A DNA stretch of 64,000 bases from Eledone cirrhosa (taxonomy: Eukaryota), in NCBI GenBank assembly GCA_964016885.1, contig OZ024749.1, forward strand, positions 20,398,001-20,462,000. The letters run 5' to 3'. The stretch's first letter is position 1, and every line of letters begins with the position of its first letter. This document shows positions 37,101 through 52,100 of the stretch, one piece after another. The notes below the pieces were generated by a model. That model searched no databases, had not been told where the DNA came from, and worked only from the letters and a program-made list of their open reading frames with translations. Both the position numbers and the translations under genes were made by a program.

Positions 37101-40100
37101 TTACAGCTAGGTGGACTGTGACTGTTGACAGTACAGTGGACTATACCATACTGTGGTACCTACTTACAGCTAGGTGGACTGTGACTTTTGACATAGTACA
37201 GTGGACTATACCATACTGTGGTAACTACTTACAGCTAGGTGGACTGAGCTGTTGACATAGTACAGTGGACTATACCATACTGTGGTACCTACTTACAGCT
37301 AGGTGGACTGTGACTGTTGACAGTACAGTGGACTATACCATACTGTGGTACCTACTTACAGCTAGGTGGACTGTGACTGTTGACATAGTACAGTGGACTA
37401 TACGATACTGTGGTACCTACTTACAGCTATGTGGACTGTGACTGTTGACATAGTACAGTGGACTGAACCATACTGTGGTACCTACTTACAGCTAGGTGGA
37501 CTGTGACTGTTGGCATAGTACAGTGGACTATACCATACGGTATACCTACTTACAGCTAGGTGGACTGTGACTGTTGACAGTACAGTGGACTATACCAGAC
37601 TGTGGTACCTACTTACAGCTAGGTGGACTGTGACTGTTGACAGTACAGTGGACTATACCATACTGTTGTATCTACTTACAGCTAGGTGGACTGTGACTGT
37701 TGACAGTACAGTGGACTATACCAGACTGTGGTACCTACTTACAGCTAGGTGGACTGTGACTGTTGGCACAGTACAGTGGAATATATCATACAGTGGTACC
37801 TACTTACAGCTAGGTGGACTGTGACTGTTGACATTACAGTGGACTATACCACACTGTGGTACCTACTTAAAGCTAGGTGGACTGCGACTGTTGGCACAGT
37901 ACAGTGGACTATACCATACTGTGGTACCTACTTACAGCTAGGTGGACTGTGACTGTTGACAGTACAGTGGACTATACCATACTGTGGTACCTACTTACAG
38001 CTAGGGGGACTGTGACTGTTGACATAGTACTGTGGACTATACCATACTGTGGTACCTACTTACAGCCAGGTGGACTGAGCTGTTGACATAGTACAGTGGA
38101 CTATACCAACTGTGGTACCTACTTACAGCTAGGTGGACTGTGACTGTTAAAATAGTACAGTGGACTATACCATACTGTGGTACCTACTTACAGCTAGGTG
38201 GACTATACCACACTGTGGTACCTACTTACAGCTAGGTGGACTGTGACTGTTGACTATACCAGTTGACAGTACAGTGGACTATACCATACTGTGGTACCTA
38301 CTTACAGCTAGGTGGACTGTGACTGTTGACAGTACAATGGACTATACCATACTGTGGTATCTACTTAGAGCTAGGTGGACTGTGACTGTTGACAGTACAG
38401 TGGACTATACCAGACTGTGGTACCTACTTACAGCTAGGTGGACTGTGACTGTTGACAGTACAGTGGACTATACCATACTGTTGTATCTACTTACAGCTAG
38501 GTGGACTGTGACTGTTGACAGTACAGTGGACTATACCAGACTGTGGTACCTACTTACAGCTAGGTGGACTGTGACTTTTGACATAGTACAGTGGACTATA
38601 CCATACTGTGGTAACTACTTACAGCTAGGTGGACTGAGCTGTTGACATAGTACAGTGGACTATACCATACTGTGGTACCTACTTACAGCTAGGTGAACTG
38701 TGACTGTTGACAGTACAGTGGACTATACCATACTGTGGTACCTACTTACAGCTAGGTGGACTGTGACTGTTGACATAGTACAGTGGACTATACGATACTG
38801 TGGTACCTACTTACAGCTATGTGGACTGTGACTGTTGACATAGTACAGTGGACTGAACCATACTGTGGTACCTACTTACAGCTAGGTGGACTGTGACTGT
38901 TGACATAGTACAGTGGACTATACCATACGGTATACCTACTTACAGCTAGGTGGACTGTGACTGTTGACAGTACAGTGGACTATACCAGACTGTGGTACCT
39001 ACTTACAGCTAGGTGGACTGTGACTGTTGACAGTACAGTGGACTATACCATACTGTTGTATCTACTTACAGCTAGGTGGACTGTGACTGTTGACAGTACA
39101 GTGGACTATACCAGACTGTGGTACCTACTTACAGCTAGGTGGACTGTGACTGTTGGCACAGTACAGTGGAATATATCATACAGTGGTACCTACTTACAGC
39201 TAGGTGGACTGTGACTGTTGACATTACAGTGGACTATACCACACTGTGGTACCTACTTAAAGCTAGGTGGACTGCGACTGTTGGCACAGTACAGTGGACT
39301 ATACCATACTGTGGTACCTACTTACAGCTAGGTGGACTGTGACTGTTGACAGTACAGTGGACTATACCATACTGTGGTACCTACTTACAGCTAGGGGGAC
39401 TGTGACTGTTGACATAGTACTGTGGACTATACCATACTGTGGTACCTACTTACAGCCAGGTGGACTGAGCTGTTGACATAGTACAGTGGACTATACCAAC
39501 TGTGGTACCTACTTACAGCTAGGTGGACTGTGACTGTTAAAATAGTACAGTGGACTATACCATACTGTGGTACCTACTTACAGCTAGGTGGACTATACCA
39601 CACTGTGGTACCTACTTACAGCTAGGTGGACTGTGACTGTTGACTATACCAGTTGACAGTACAGTGGACTATACCATACTGTGGTACCTACTTACAGCTA
39701 GGTGGACTGTGACTGTTGACAGTACAATGGACTATACCATACTGTGGTATCTACTTAGAGCTAGGTGGACTGTGACTGTTGACAGTACAGTGGACTATAC
39801 CAGACTGTGGTACCTACTTACAGCTAGGTGGACTGTGACTGTTGACAGTACAGTGGACTATACCATACTGTTGTATCTACTTACAGCTAGGTGGACTGTG
39901 ACTGTTGACAGTACAGTGGACTATACCAGACTGTGGTACCTACTTACAGCTAGGTGGACTGTGACTGTTGGCACAGTACAGTGGAATATATCATACAGTG
40001 GTACCTACTTACAGCTAGGTGGACTGTGACTGTTGACATTACAGTGGACTATACCACACTGTGGTACCTACTTAAAGCTAGGTGGACTGCGACTGTTGGC

Positions 40101-43100
40101 ACAGTACAGTGGTCTATACCATACTGTGGTACCTACTTACAGCTAGGTGGACTGCGACTGTTGGCACAGTACAGTGCACTATATCAGACTGTGGTACCTA
40201 CTTACAGCTAGGTGGACTGTGACTGTTGACACCGTACAGTGGACTATACCATACTGTGGTACCTACTTACAGCTAGGTGGACTGTGACTGTTGACAGTAC
40301 AGTGGACTATACCATACTGTGGTACCTACTTACAGCTAGGTGAACTGTGACTGTTGGCACAGTACAGTGGACTATACCATACTGTGGTACCTACTTACAG
40401 CTAGGTGGACTGTGGCAGTTGACAGTACAGTGGACTATACCATACTGTGGTGCCTACTTACAGCTAGGTGGACTGTGACTGTTGACAGTACAGTGGACTA
40501 TACCATACTGTAGTACCTACTTACAGCTAGGTGGACCGTGACTGTTGACAGTACAGTGGACTATACCATACTGTGGTACCTACCGACAGCTAGGTGGACT
40601 GAGATGTTGACATAGTACAGTGGACTATACCATACTGTGGTACCTACTTACAGCTATGTGGACTGTGACTGTTGACATAGTACAGTGGACTGAACCATAC
40701 TGTGGTACCTACTTACAGCTAGGTGGACTGTGACTGTTGACATAGTACAGTGGACTATACCATACGGTATACCTACTTACAGCTAGGTGGACTGTGACTG
40801 TTGACAGTACAGTGGACTATACCAGACTGTGGTACCTACTTACAGCTAGGTGGACTGTGACTGTTGACAGTACAGTGGACTATACCATACTGTTGTATCT
40901 ACTTACAGCTAGGTGGACTGTGACTGTTGACAGTACAGTGGACTATACCAGACTGTGGTACCTACTTACAGCTAGGTGGACTGTGACTGTTGGCACAGTA
41001 CAGTGGAATATATCATACAGTGGTACCTACTTACAGCTAGGTGGACTGTGACTGTTGACATTACAGTGGACTATACCACACTGTGGTACCTACTTAAAGC
41101 TAGGTGGACTGCGACTGTTGGCACAGTACAGTGGACTATACCATACTGTGGTACCTACTTACAGCTAGGTGGACTGTGACTGTTGACAGTACAGTGGACT
41201 ATACCATACTGTGGTACCTACTTACAGCTAGGGGGACTGTGACTGTTGACATAGTACTGTGGACTATACCATACTGTGGTACCTACTTACAGCCAGGTGG
41301 ACTGAGCTGTTGACATAGTACAGTGGACTATACCAACTGTGGTACCTACTTACAGCTAGGTGGACTGTGACTGTTAAAATAGTACAGTGGACTATACCAT
41401 ACTGTGGTACCTACTTACAGCTAGGTGGACTATACCACACTGTGGTACCTACTTACAGCTAGGTGGACTGTGACTGTTGACTATACCAGTTGACAGTACA
41501 GTGGACTATACCATACTGTGGTACCTACTTACAGCTAGGTGGACTGTGACTGTTGACAGTACAATGGACTATACCATACTGTGGTATCTACTTAGAGCTA
41601 GGTGGACTGTGACTGTTGACAGTACAGTGGACTATACCAGACTGTGGTACCTACTTACAGCTAGGTGGACTGTGACTGTTGACAGTACAGTGGACTATAC
41701 CATACTGTTGTATCTACTTACAGCTAGGTGGACTGTGACTGTTGACAGTACAGTGGACTATACCAGACTGTGGTACCTACTTACAGCTAGGTGGACTGTG
41801 ACTGTTGGCACAGTACAGTGGAATATATCATACAGTGGTACCTACTTACAGCTAGGTGGACTGTGACTGTTGACATTACAGTGGACTATACCACACTGTG
41901 GTACCTACTTAAAGCTAGGTGGACTGCGACTGTTGGCACAGTACAGTGGTCTATACCATACTGTGGTACCTACTTACAGCTAGGTGGACTGCGACTGTTG
42001 GCACAGTACAGTGCACTATATCAGACTGTGGTACCTACTTACAGCTAGGTGGACTGTGACTGTTGACACCGTACAGTGGACTATACCATACTGTGGTACC
42101 TACTTACAGCTAGGTGGACTGTGACTGTTGACAGTACAGTGGACTATACCATACTGTGGTACCTACTTACAGCTAGGTGAACTGTGACTGTTGGCACAGT
42201 ACAGTGGACTATACCATACTGTGGTACCTACTTACAGCTAGGTGGACTGTGGCAGTTGACAGTACAGTGGACTATACCATACTGTGGTGCCTACTTACAG
42301 CTAGGTGGACTGTGACTGTTGACAGTACAGTGGACTATACCATACTGTAGTACCTACTTACAGCTAGGTGGACCGTGACTGTTGACAGTACAGTGGACTA
42401 TACCATACTGTGGTACCTACTGACAGCTAGGTGGACTGAGATGTTGACATAGTACAGTGGACTATACCATACTGTGGTACCTACTTACAGCTAGGTGGAC
42501 TGTGACTGTTGACAGTACAGTGAACTATACCATACTGTGGTGCCTACTTACAGCTAGGTGGACTGTTACTGTTGACATAGTACAGTGGACTATACCATAC
42601 TGTGGTACCTATTTACAGCTAGGTGGACTGTGACTGTTGACAGTACAGTGGACTATACCATACTGTGGTACCTACTTACAGCTAGGTGGACTGTGACTGT
42701 TGACAGTACAGTGGACTATACCATACTGTGAACCTACTTACAGCTAGGTGGACTGTGACTGTTGACAGTACAGTGGACTATACCATACTGTGGTACCTAC
42801 TTACAGCTAGGTGGACTGTGACTGTTGACAGTACAGTGGACTATACCATACTGTGGTACCTACTTACAGCTAGGTGGACTGTGACTGTTGACACAGTACA
42901 GTGGACTATACCATACTGTGGTGCCTACTTACAGCTAGGTGGACTGTGACTGTTGACAGTACAATGGACTATACCATACTGTGGTGCCTACTTACAGCTA
43001 GGTGGACTGTGACTGTTGACATAGTACAGTGGACTATACCATACTGTGGTACCTACTTACAGCTAGGTGGACTGTGACTGTTGACATAGTACAGTGGACT

Positions 43101-46100
43101 ATGCCATACTGTGGTACCTACTTACAGCTAGGTGGACTGTGACTGTTGACAGTACAGTGGACTATACCATACTGTGGTACCTACTTACAGCTAGGTGGAC
43201 TGTGACTGTTGACATAGTACAGTGGACTATACCATACTGTGGTAACTACTTACAGCTAGGTGGACTGAGCTGTTGACATAGTACAGTGGACTATACAATA
43301 CTGTGGTACCTACTTACAGCTAGGTGGACTGTGACTGTTGACAGTACAGTGGACTATACCATACTGTGGTACCTACTTACAACTAGGTGGACTGTGACTG
43401 TTGACAGTACAGTGGACTATACCATACTGTGGTACCTACTTACAGCTAGGTGGACTGTGACTGTTTACATAGTACAGTGGACTATACCAACTGTGGTACC
43501 TACTTACAGCTAGCTGGACTGAGCTGTTGACATAGTACAGTGGACTATACCATACTGTGGTACCTACTTACAGCTAGGTGGACTGTGACTGTTGACATTA
43601 CAGTAGACTATACCACACTGTGGTACCTACTTAAAGCTAGGTGGACTGCGAGTGTTGGCACAGTACAGTGGACTATACCATACTGTGGTACCTACTTACA
43701 GCTAGGTGGACTGCGACTGTTGGCACAGTACAGTGGACTATACCATACTGTGGTACCTACTTACAGCTAGGTGGACTGTGACTGTTGACAGTACAGTGGA
43801 CTATACCATACTGTGGTACCTACTTACAGCTAGGTGGACTGTGACTGTTGGCACAGTACAGTGGACTATACCATACTGTGGTACCTACTTACAGCTAGGT
43901 GGACTGTGACTGTTGACAGTACAGTGGACTATACCATACTGTGGTGCCTACTTACAGCTAGGTGGACTGTGACTGTTGACAGTACAGTGGACTATACCAT
44001 ACTGTAGTACCTACTTACAGCTAGGTGGACTGTGACTGTTGGCACAGTACAGTGAACTATACCATACTGTTGTACATTCTTACAGCTAGGTGGACTGTGA
44101 CTGTTGACAGTACAGTGGACTATACCATACTGTGGTACCTACTTACAGCTAGGTGGACTGTGACTGTTGACAGTACAGTGGACTATACCACACTGTGGTA
44201 CCTACTTAAAGCTAGGTGGACTGTGACTGTTGGCACAGTACAGTGGAATATATCATACAGTGGTACCTACTTACAGCTAGGTGGACTGTGACTGTTGACA
44301 TTACAGTGGACTATACCACACTGTGGTACCTACTTAAAGCTAGGTGGACTGCGACTGTTGGCACAGTACAGTGGACTATACCATACTGTGGTACCTAATT
44401 ACAGCTAGGTGGACTGTGACTGTTGACAGTACAGTGGACTATACCATACTGTGGTACCTACTTACAGCTAGGGGGACTGTGACTGTTGACATAGTACTGT
44501 GGACTATACCATACTGTGGTACCTACTTACAGCCAGGTGGACTGAGCTGTTGACATAGTACAGTGGACTATACCAACTGTGGTACCTACTTACAGCTAGG
44601 TGGACTGTGACTGTTGACAGTACAGTGGACTATACCATACTGTGAACCTACTTACAGCTAGGTGGACTGTGACTGTTGACAGTACAGTGGACTATACCAT
44701 ACTGTGGTACCTACTTACAGCTAGGTGGACTGTGACTGTTGACAGTACAGTGGACTATACCATACTGTGGTACCTACTTACAGCTAGGTGGACTGTGACT
44801 GTTGACACAGTACAGTGGACTATACCATACTGTGGTGCCTACTTACAGCTAGGTGGACTGTGACTGTTGACAGTACAGTGGACTATACCATACTGTGGTG
44901 CCTACTTACAGCTAGGTGGACTGTGACTGTTGACATAGTACAGTGGACTATACCATACTGTGGTACCTACTTACAGCTAGGTGGACTGTGACTGTTGACA
45001 TAGTACAGTGGACTATGCCATACTGTGGTACCTACTTACAGATAGGTGGACTGTGACTGTTGACAGTACAGTGGACTATACCATACTGTGGTACCTACTT
45101 ACAGCTAGGTGGACTGTGACTGTTGACAGTACAATGGACTATACCATACTGTGGTATCTACTTAGAGCTAGGTGGACTGTGACTGTTGACAGTACAGTGG
45201 ACTATACCAGACTGTGGTACCTACTTACAGCTAGGTGGACTGTGACTGTTGACAGTACAGTGGACTATACCATACTGTTGTATCTACTTACAGCTAGGTG
45301 GACTGTGACTGTTGACAGTACAGTGGACTATACCAGACTGTGGTACCTACTTACAGCTAGGTGGACTGTGACTGTTGGCACAGTACAGTGGAATATATCA
45401 TACAGTGGTACCTACTTACAGCTAGGTGGACTGTGACTGTTGACATTACAGTGGACTATACCACACTGTGGTACCTACTTAAAGCTAGGTGGACTGCGAC
45501 TGTTGGCACAGTACAGTGGTCTATACCATACTGTGGTACCTACTTACAGCTAGGTGGACTGCGACTGTTGGCACAGTACAGTGCACTATATCAGACTGTG
45601 GTACCTACTTACAGCTAGGTGGACTGTGACTGTTGACACCGTACAGTGGACTATACCATACTGTGGTACCTACTTACAGCTAGGTGGACTGTGACTGTTG
45701 ACAGTACAGTGGACTATACCATACTGTGGTACCTACTTACAGCTAGGTGAACTGTGACTGTTGGCACAGTACAGTGGACTATACCATACTGTGGTACCTA
45801 CTTACAGCTAGGTGGACTGTGGCAGTTGACAGTACAGTGGACTATACCATACTGTGGTGCCTACTTACAGCTAGGTGGACTGTGACTGTTGACAGTACAG
45901 TGGACTATACCATACTGTAGTACCTACTTACAGCTAGGTGGACCGTGACTGTTGACAGTACAGTGGACTATACCATACTGTGGTACCTACCGACAGCTAG
46001 GTGGACTGAGATGTTGACATAGTACAGTGGACTATACCATACTGTGGTACCTACTTACAGCTATGTGGACTGTGACTGTTGACATAGTACAGTGGACTGA

Positions 46101-49100
46101 ACCATACTGTGGTACCTACTTACAGCTAGGTGGACTGTGACTGTTGACATAGTACAGTGGACTATACCATACGGTATACCTACTTACAGCTAGGTGGACT
46201 GTGACTGTTGACAGTACAGTGGACTATACCAGACTGTGGTACCTACTTACAGCTAGGTGGACTGTGACTGTTGACAGTACAGTGGACTATACCATACTGT
46301 TGTATCTACTTACAGCTAGGTGGACTGTGACTGTTGACAGTACAGTGGACTATACCAGACTGTGGTACCTACTTACAGCTAGGTGGACTGTGACTGTTGG
46401 CACAGTACAGTGGAATATATCATACAGTGGTACCTACGTACAGCTAGGTGGACTGTGACTGTTGACATTACAGTGGACTATACCACACTGTGGTACCTAC
46501 TTAAAGCTAGGTGGACTGCGACTGTTGGCACAGTACAGTGGACTATACCATACTGTGGTACCTACTTACAGCTAGGTGGACTGTGACTGTTGACAGTACA
46601 GTGGACTATACCATACTGTGGTACCTACTTACAGCTAGGGGGACTGTGACTGTTGACATAGTACTGTGGACTATACCATACTGTGGTACCTACTTACAGC
46701 CAGGTGGACTGAGCTGTTGACATAGTACAGTGGACTATACCAACTGTGGTACCTACTTACAGCTAGGTGGACTGTGACTGTTAAAATAGTACAGTGGACT
46801 ATACCATACTGTGGTACCTACTTACAGCTAGGTGGACTATACCACACTGTGGTACCTACTTACAGCTAGGTGGACTGTGACTGTTGACTATACCAGTTGA
46901 CAGTACAGTGGACTATACCATACTGTGGTACCTACTTACAGCTAGGTGGACTGTGACTGTTGACAGTACAATGGACTATACCATACTGTGGTATCTACTT
47001 AGAGCTAGGTGGACTGTGACTGTTGACAGTACAGTGGACTATACCAGACTGTGGTACCTACTTACAGCTAGGTGGACTGTGACTGTTGACAGTACAGTGG
47101 ACTATACCATACTGTTGTATCTACTTACAGCTAGGTGGACTGTGACTGTTGACAGTACAGTGGACTATACCAGACTGTGGTACCTACTTACAGCTAGGTG
47201 GACTGTGACTGTTGGCACAGTACAGTGGAATATATCATACAGTGGTACCTACTTACAGCTAGGTGGACTGTGACTGTTGACATTACAGTGGACTATACCA
47301 CACTGTGGTACCTACTTAAAGCTAGGTGGACTGCGACTGTTGGCACAGTACAGTGGTCTATACCATACTGTGGTACCTACTTACAGCTAGGTGGACTGCG
47401 ACTGTTGGCACAGTACAGTGCACTATATCAGACTGTGGTACCTACTTACAGCTAGGTGGACTGTGACTGTTGACACCGTACAGTGGACTATACCATACTG
47501 TGGTACCTACTTACAGCTAGGTGGACTGTGACTGTTGACAGTACAGTGGACTATACCATACTGTGGTACCTACTTACAGCTAGGTGAACTGTGACTGTTG
47601 GCACAGTACAGTGGACTATACCATACTGTGGTACCTACTTACAGCTAGGTGGACTGTGGCAGTTGACAGTACAGTGGACTATACCATACTGTGGTGCCTA
47701 CTTACAGCTAGGTGGACTGTGACTGTTGACAGTACAGTGGACTATACCATACTGTAGTACCTACTTACAGCTAGGTGGACCGTGACTGTTGACAGTACAG
47801 TGGACTATACCATACTGTGGTACCTACTGACAGCTAGGTGGACTGAGATGTTGACATAGTACAGTGGACTATACCATACTGTGGTACCTACTTACAGCTA
47901 GGTGGACTGTGACTGTTGACAGTACAGTGGACTATACCATACTGTGGTGCCTACTTACAGCTAGGTGGACTGTTACTGTTGACATAGTACAGTGGACTAT
48001 ACCATACTGTGGTACCTATTTACAGCTAGGTGGACTGTGACTGTTGACAGTACAGTGGACTATACCATACTGTGGTACCTACTTACAGCTAGGTGGACTG
48101 TGACTGTTGACAGTACAGTGGACTATACCATACTGTGAACCTACTTACAGCTAGGTGGACTGTGACTGTTGACAGTACAGTGGACTATACCATACTGTGG
48201 TACCTACTTACAGCTAGGTGGACTGTGACTGTTGACAGTACAGTGGACTATACCATACTGTGGTACCTACTTACAGCTAGGTGGACTGTGACTGTTGACA
48301 CAGTACAGTGGACTATACCATACTGTGGTGCCTACTTACAGCTAGGTGGACTGTGACTGTTGACAGTACAATGGACTATACCATACTGTGGTGCCTACTT
48401 ACAGCTAGGTGGACTGTGACTGTTGACATAGTACAGTGGACTATACCATACTGTGGTACCTACTTACAGCTAGGTGGACTGTGACTGTTGACATAGTACA
48501 GTGGACTATGCCATACTGTGGTACCTACTTACAGCTAGGTGGACTGTGACTGTTGACAGTACAGTGGACTATACCATACTGTGGTACCTACTTACAGCTA
48601 GGTGGACTGTGACTGTTGACATAGTACAGTGGACTATACCATACTGTGGTAACTACTTACAGCTAGGTGGACTGAGCTGTTGACATAGTACAGTGGACTA
48701 TACAATACTGTGGTACCTACTTACAGCTAGGTGGACTGTGACTGTTGACAGTACAGTGGACTATACCATACTGTGGTACCTACTTACAACTAGGTGGACT
48801 GTGACTGTTGACAGTACAGTGGACTATACCATACTGTGGTACCTACTTACAGCTAGGTGGACTGTGACTGTTTACATAGTACAGTGGACTATACCAACTG
48901 TGGTACCTACTTACAGCTAGCTGGACTGAGCTGTTGACATAGTACAGTGGACTATACCATACTGTGGTACCTACTTACAGCTAGGTGGACTGTGACTGTT
49001 GACATTACAGTAGACTATACCACACTGTGGTACCTACTTAAAGCTAGGTGGACTGCGAGTGTTGGCACAGTACAGTGGACTATACCATACTGTGGTACCT

Positions 49101-52100
49101 ACTTACAGCTAGGTGGACTGCGACTGTTGGCACAGTACAGTGGACTATACCATACTGTGGTACCTACTTACAGCTAGGTGGACTGTGACTGTTGACAGTA
49201 CAGTGGACTATACCATACTGTGGTACCTACTTACAGCTAGGTGGACTGTGACTGTTGGCACAGTACAGTGGACTATACCATACTGTGGTACCTACTTACA
49301 GCTAGGTGGACTGTGACTGTTGACAGTACAGTGGACTATACCATACTGTGGTGCCTACTTACAGCTAGGTGGACTGTGACTGTTGACAGTACAGTGGACT
49401 ATACCATACTGTAGTACCTACTTACAGCTAGGTGGACTGTGACTGTTGGCACAGTACAGTGAACTATACCATACTGTTGTACATTCTTACAGCTAGGTGG
49501 ACTGTGACTGTTGACAGTACAGTGGACTATACCATACTGTGGTACCTACTTACAGCTAGGTGGACTGTGACTGTTGACAGTACAGTGGACTATACCACAC
49601 TGTGGTACCTACTTAAAGCTAGGTGGACTGTGACTGTTGGCACAGTACAGTGGAATATATCATACAGTGGTACCTACTTACAGCTAGGTGGACTGTGACT
49701 GTTGACATTACAGTGGACTATACCACACTGTGGTACCTACTTAAAGCTAGGTGGACTGCGACTGTTGGCACAGTACAGTGGACTATACCATACTGTGGTA
49801 CCTAATTACAGCTAGGTGGACTGTGACTGTTGACAGTACAGTGGACTATACCATACTGTGGTACCTACTTACAGCTAGGGGGACTGTGACTGTTGACATA
49901 GTACTGTGGACTATACCATACTGTGGTACCTACTTACAGCCAGGTGGACTGAGCTGTTGACATAGTACAGTGGACTATACCAACTGTGGTACCTACTTAC
50001 AGCTAGGTGGACTGTGACTGTTGACAGTACAGTGGACTATACCATACTGTGAACCTACTTACAGCTAGGTGGACTGTGACTGTTGACAGTACAGTGGACT
50101 ATACCATACTGTGGTACCTACTTACAGCTAGGTGGACTGTGACTGTTGACAGTACAGTGGACTATACCATACTGTGGTACCTACTTACAGCTAGGTGGAC
50201 TGTGACTGTTGACACAGTACAGTGGACTATACCATACTGTGGTGCCTACTTACAGCTAGGTGGACTGTGACTGTTGACAGTACAGTGGACTATACCATAC
50301 TGTGGTGCCTACTTACAGCTAGGTGGACTGTGACTGTTGACATAGTACAGTGGACTATACCATACTGTGGTACCTACTTACAGCTAGGTGGACTGTGACT
50401 GTTGACATAGTACAGTGGACTATGCCATACTGTGGTACCTACTTACAGATAGGTGGACTGTGACTGTTGACAGTACAGTGGACTATACCATACTGTGGTA
50501 TCTACTTACAGCTAGGTGGACTGTGACTGTTGACATAGTACAGTGGACTATACCATACTGTGGTAACTACTTACAGCTAGGTGGACTGAGCTGTTGACAT
50601 AGTACAGTGGACTATACAATACTGTGGTACCTACTTACAGCTAGGTGGACTGTGACTGTTGACAGTACAGTGGACTATACCATACTGTGGTACCTACTTA
50701 CAACTAGGTGGACTGTGACTGTTGACAGTACAGTGGACTATACCATACTGTGGTACCTACTTACAGCTAGGTGGACTGTGACTGTTGACATAGTACAGTG
50801 GACTATACCAACTGTGGTACCTACTTACAGCTAGCTGGACTGAGCTGTTGACATAGTACAGTGGACTATACCATACTGTGGTACCTACTTACAGCTAGGT
50901 GGACTGTGACTGTTGACATTACAGTGGACTATACCACACTGTGGTACCTACTTAAAGCTAGGTGGACTGCGAGTGTTGGCACAGTACAGTGGACTATACC
51001 ATACTGTGGTACCTACTTACAGCTAGGTGGACTGCGACTGTTGGCACAGTACAGTGGACTATACCATACTGTGGTACCTACTTACAGCTAGGTGGACTGT
51101 GACTGTTGACAGTACAGTGGACTATACCATACTGTGGTACCTACTTACAGCTAGGTGGACTGTGACTGTTGACACAGTACAGTGGACTATACCATACTGT
51201 GGTGCCTACTTACAGCTAGGTGGACTGTGACTGTTGACATAGTACAGTGGACTATACCATACTGTGGTACCTACTTACAGCTAGGTGGACTGTGACTGTT
51301 GACAGTACAGTGGACTATACCATACTGTGGTACCTACTTACAGCTAGGTGGACTGTGACTGTTGACATAGTACAGTGGACTACACCATACTGTGGTAACT
51401 ACTTACAGCTAGGTGGACTGTGACTGTTGGCACAGTACAGTGGACTATATCATACTGTGGTACCTACTTACAGCTAGGTGGACTGTGACTGTTGACATAG
51501 TACAGTGGACTATACCAACTGTGGTACCTACTTACAGCTAGCTGGACTGAGCTGTTGACATAGTACAGTGGACTATACCATACTGTGGTACCTACTTACA
51601 GCTAGGTGGACTGTGACTGTTGACAGTACAGTGGACTATACCAGACTGTGGTACCTACTTACAGCTAGGTGGACTGTGACTGTTGACATAGTACAGTCGA
51701 CTATACCATACTGTGGTACGTACTTACAGCTAGGTGGACTGTGACTGTTGACATAGTACAGTGGACTGTACCATACTGTGGTACCTACTTACAGCTATGT
51801 GGACTGTGACTGTTGACATAGTACAGTGGACTATACCATACTGTGGTACTTACTTACAGCTAGGTAGACTGTGACTGTTGACAGTACAGTGGACTATACC
51901 ATACTGTGGTACCTACTTACAGCTAGGTGGACTGTGACTGTTGACATAGTACAGTGGACTATACCATACTGTGGTACCTACTTACAGCTAGGTGGACTGA
52001 GCTGTTGACATAGTACAGTGGACTATATCATACTGTGGTACCTACTTACAGCTAGGTGGACTGTGACTGTTGACAGTACAGTGGACTATACCATACTGTG

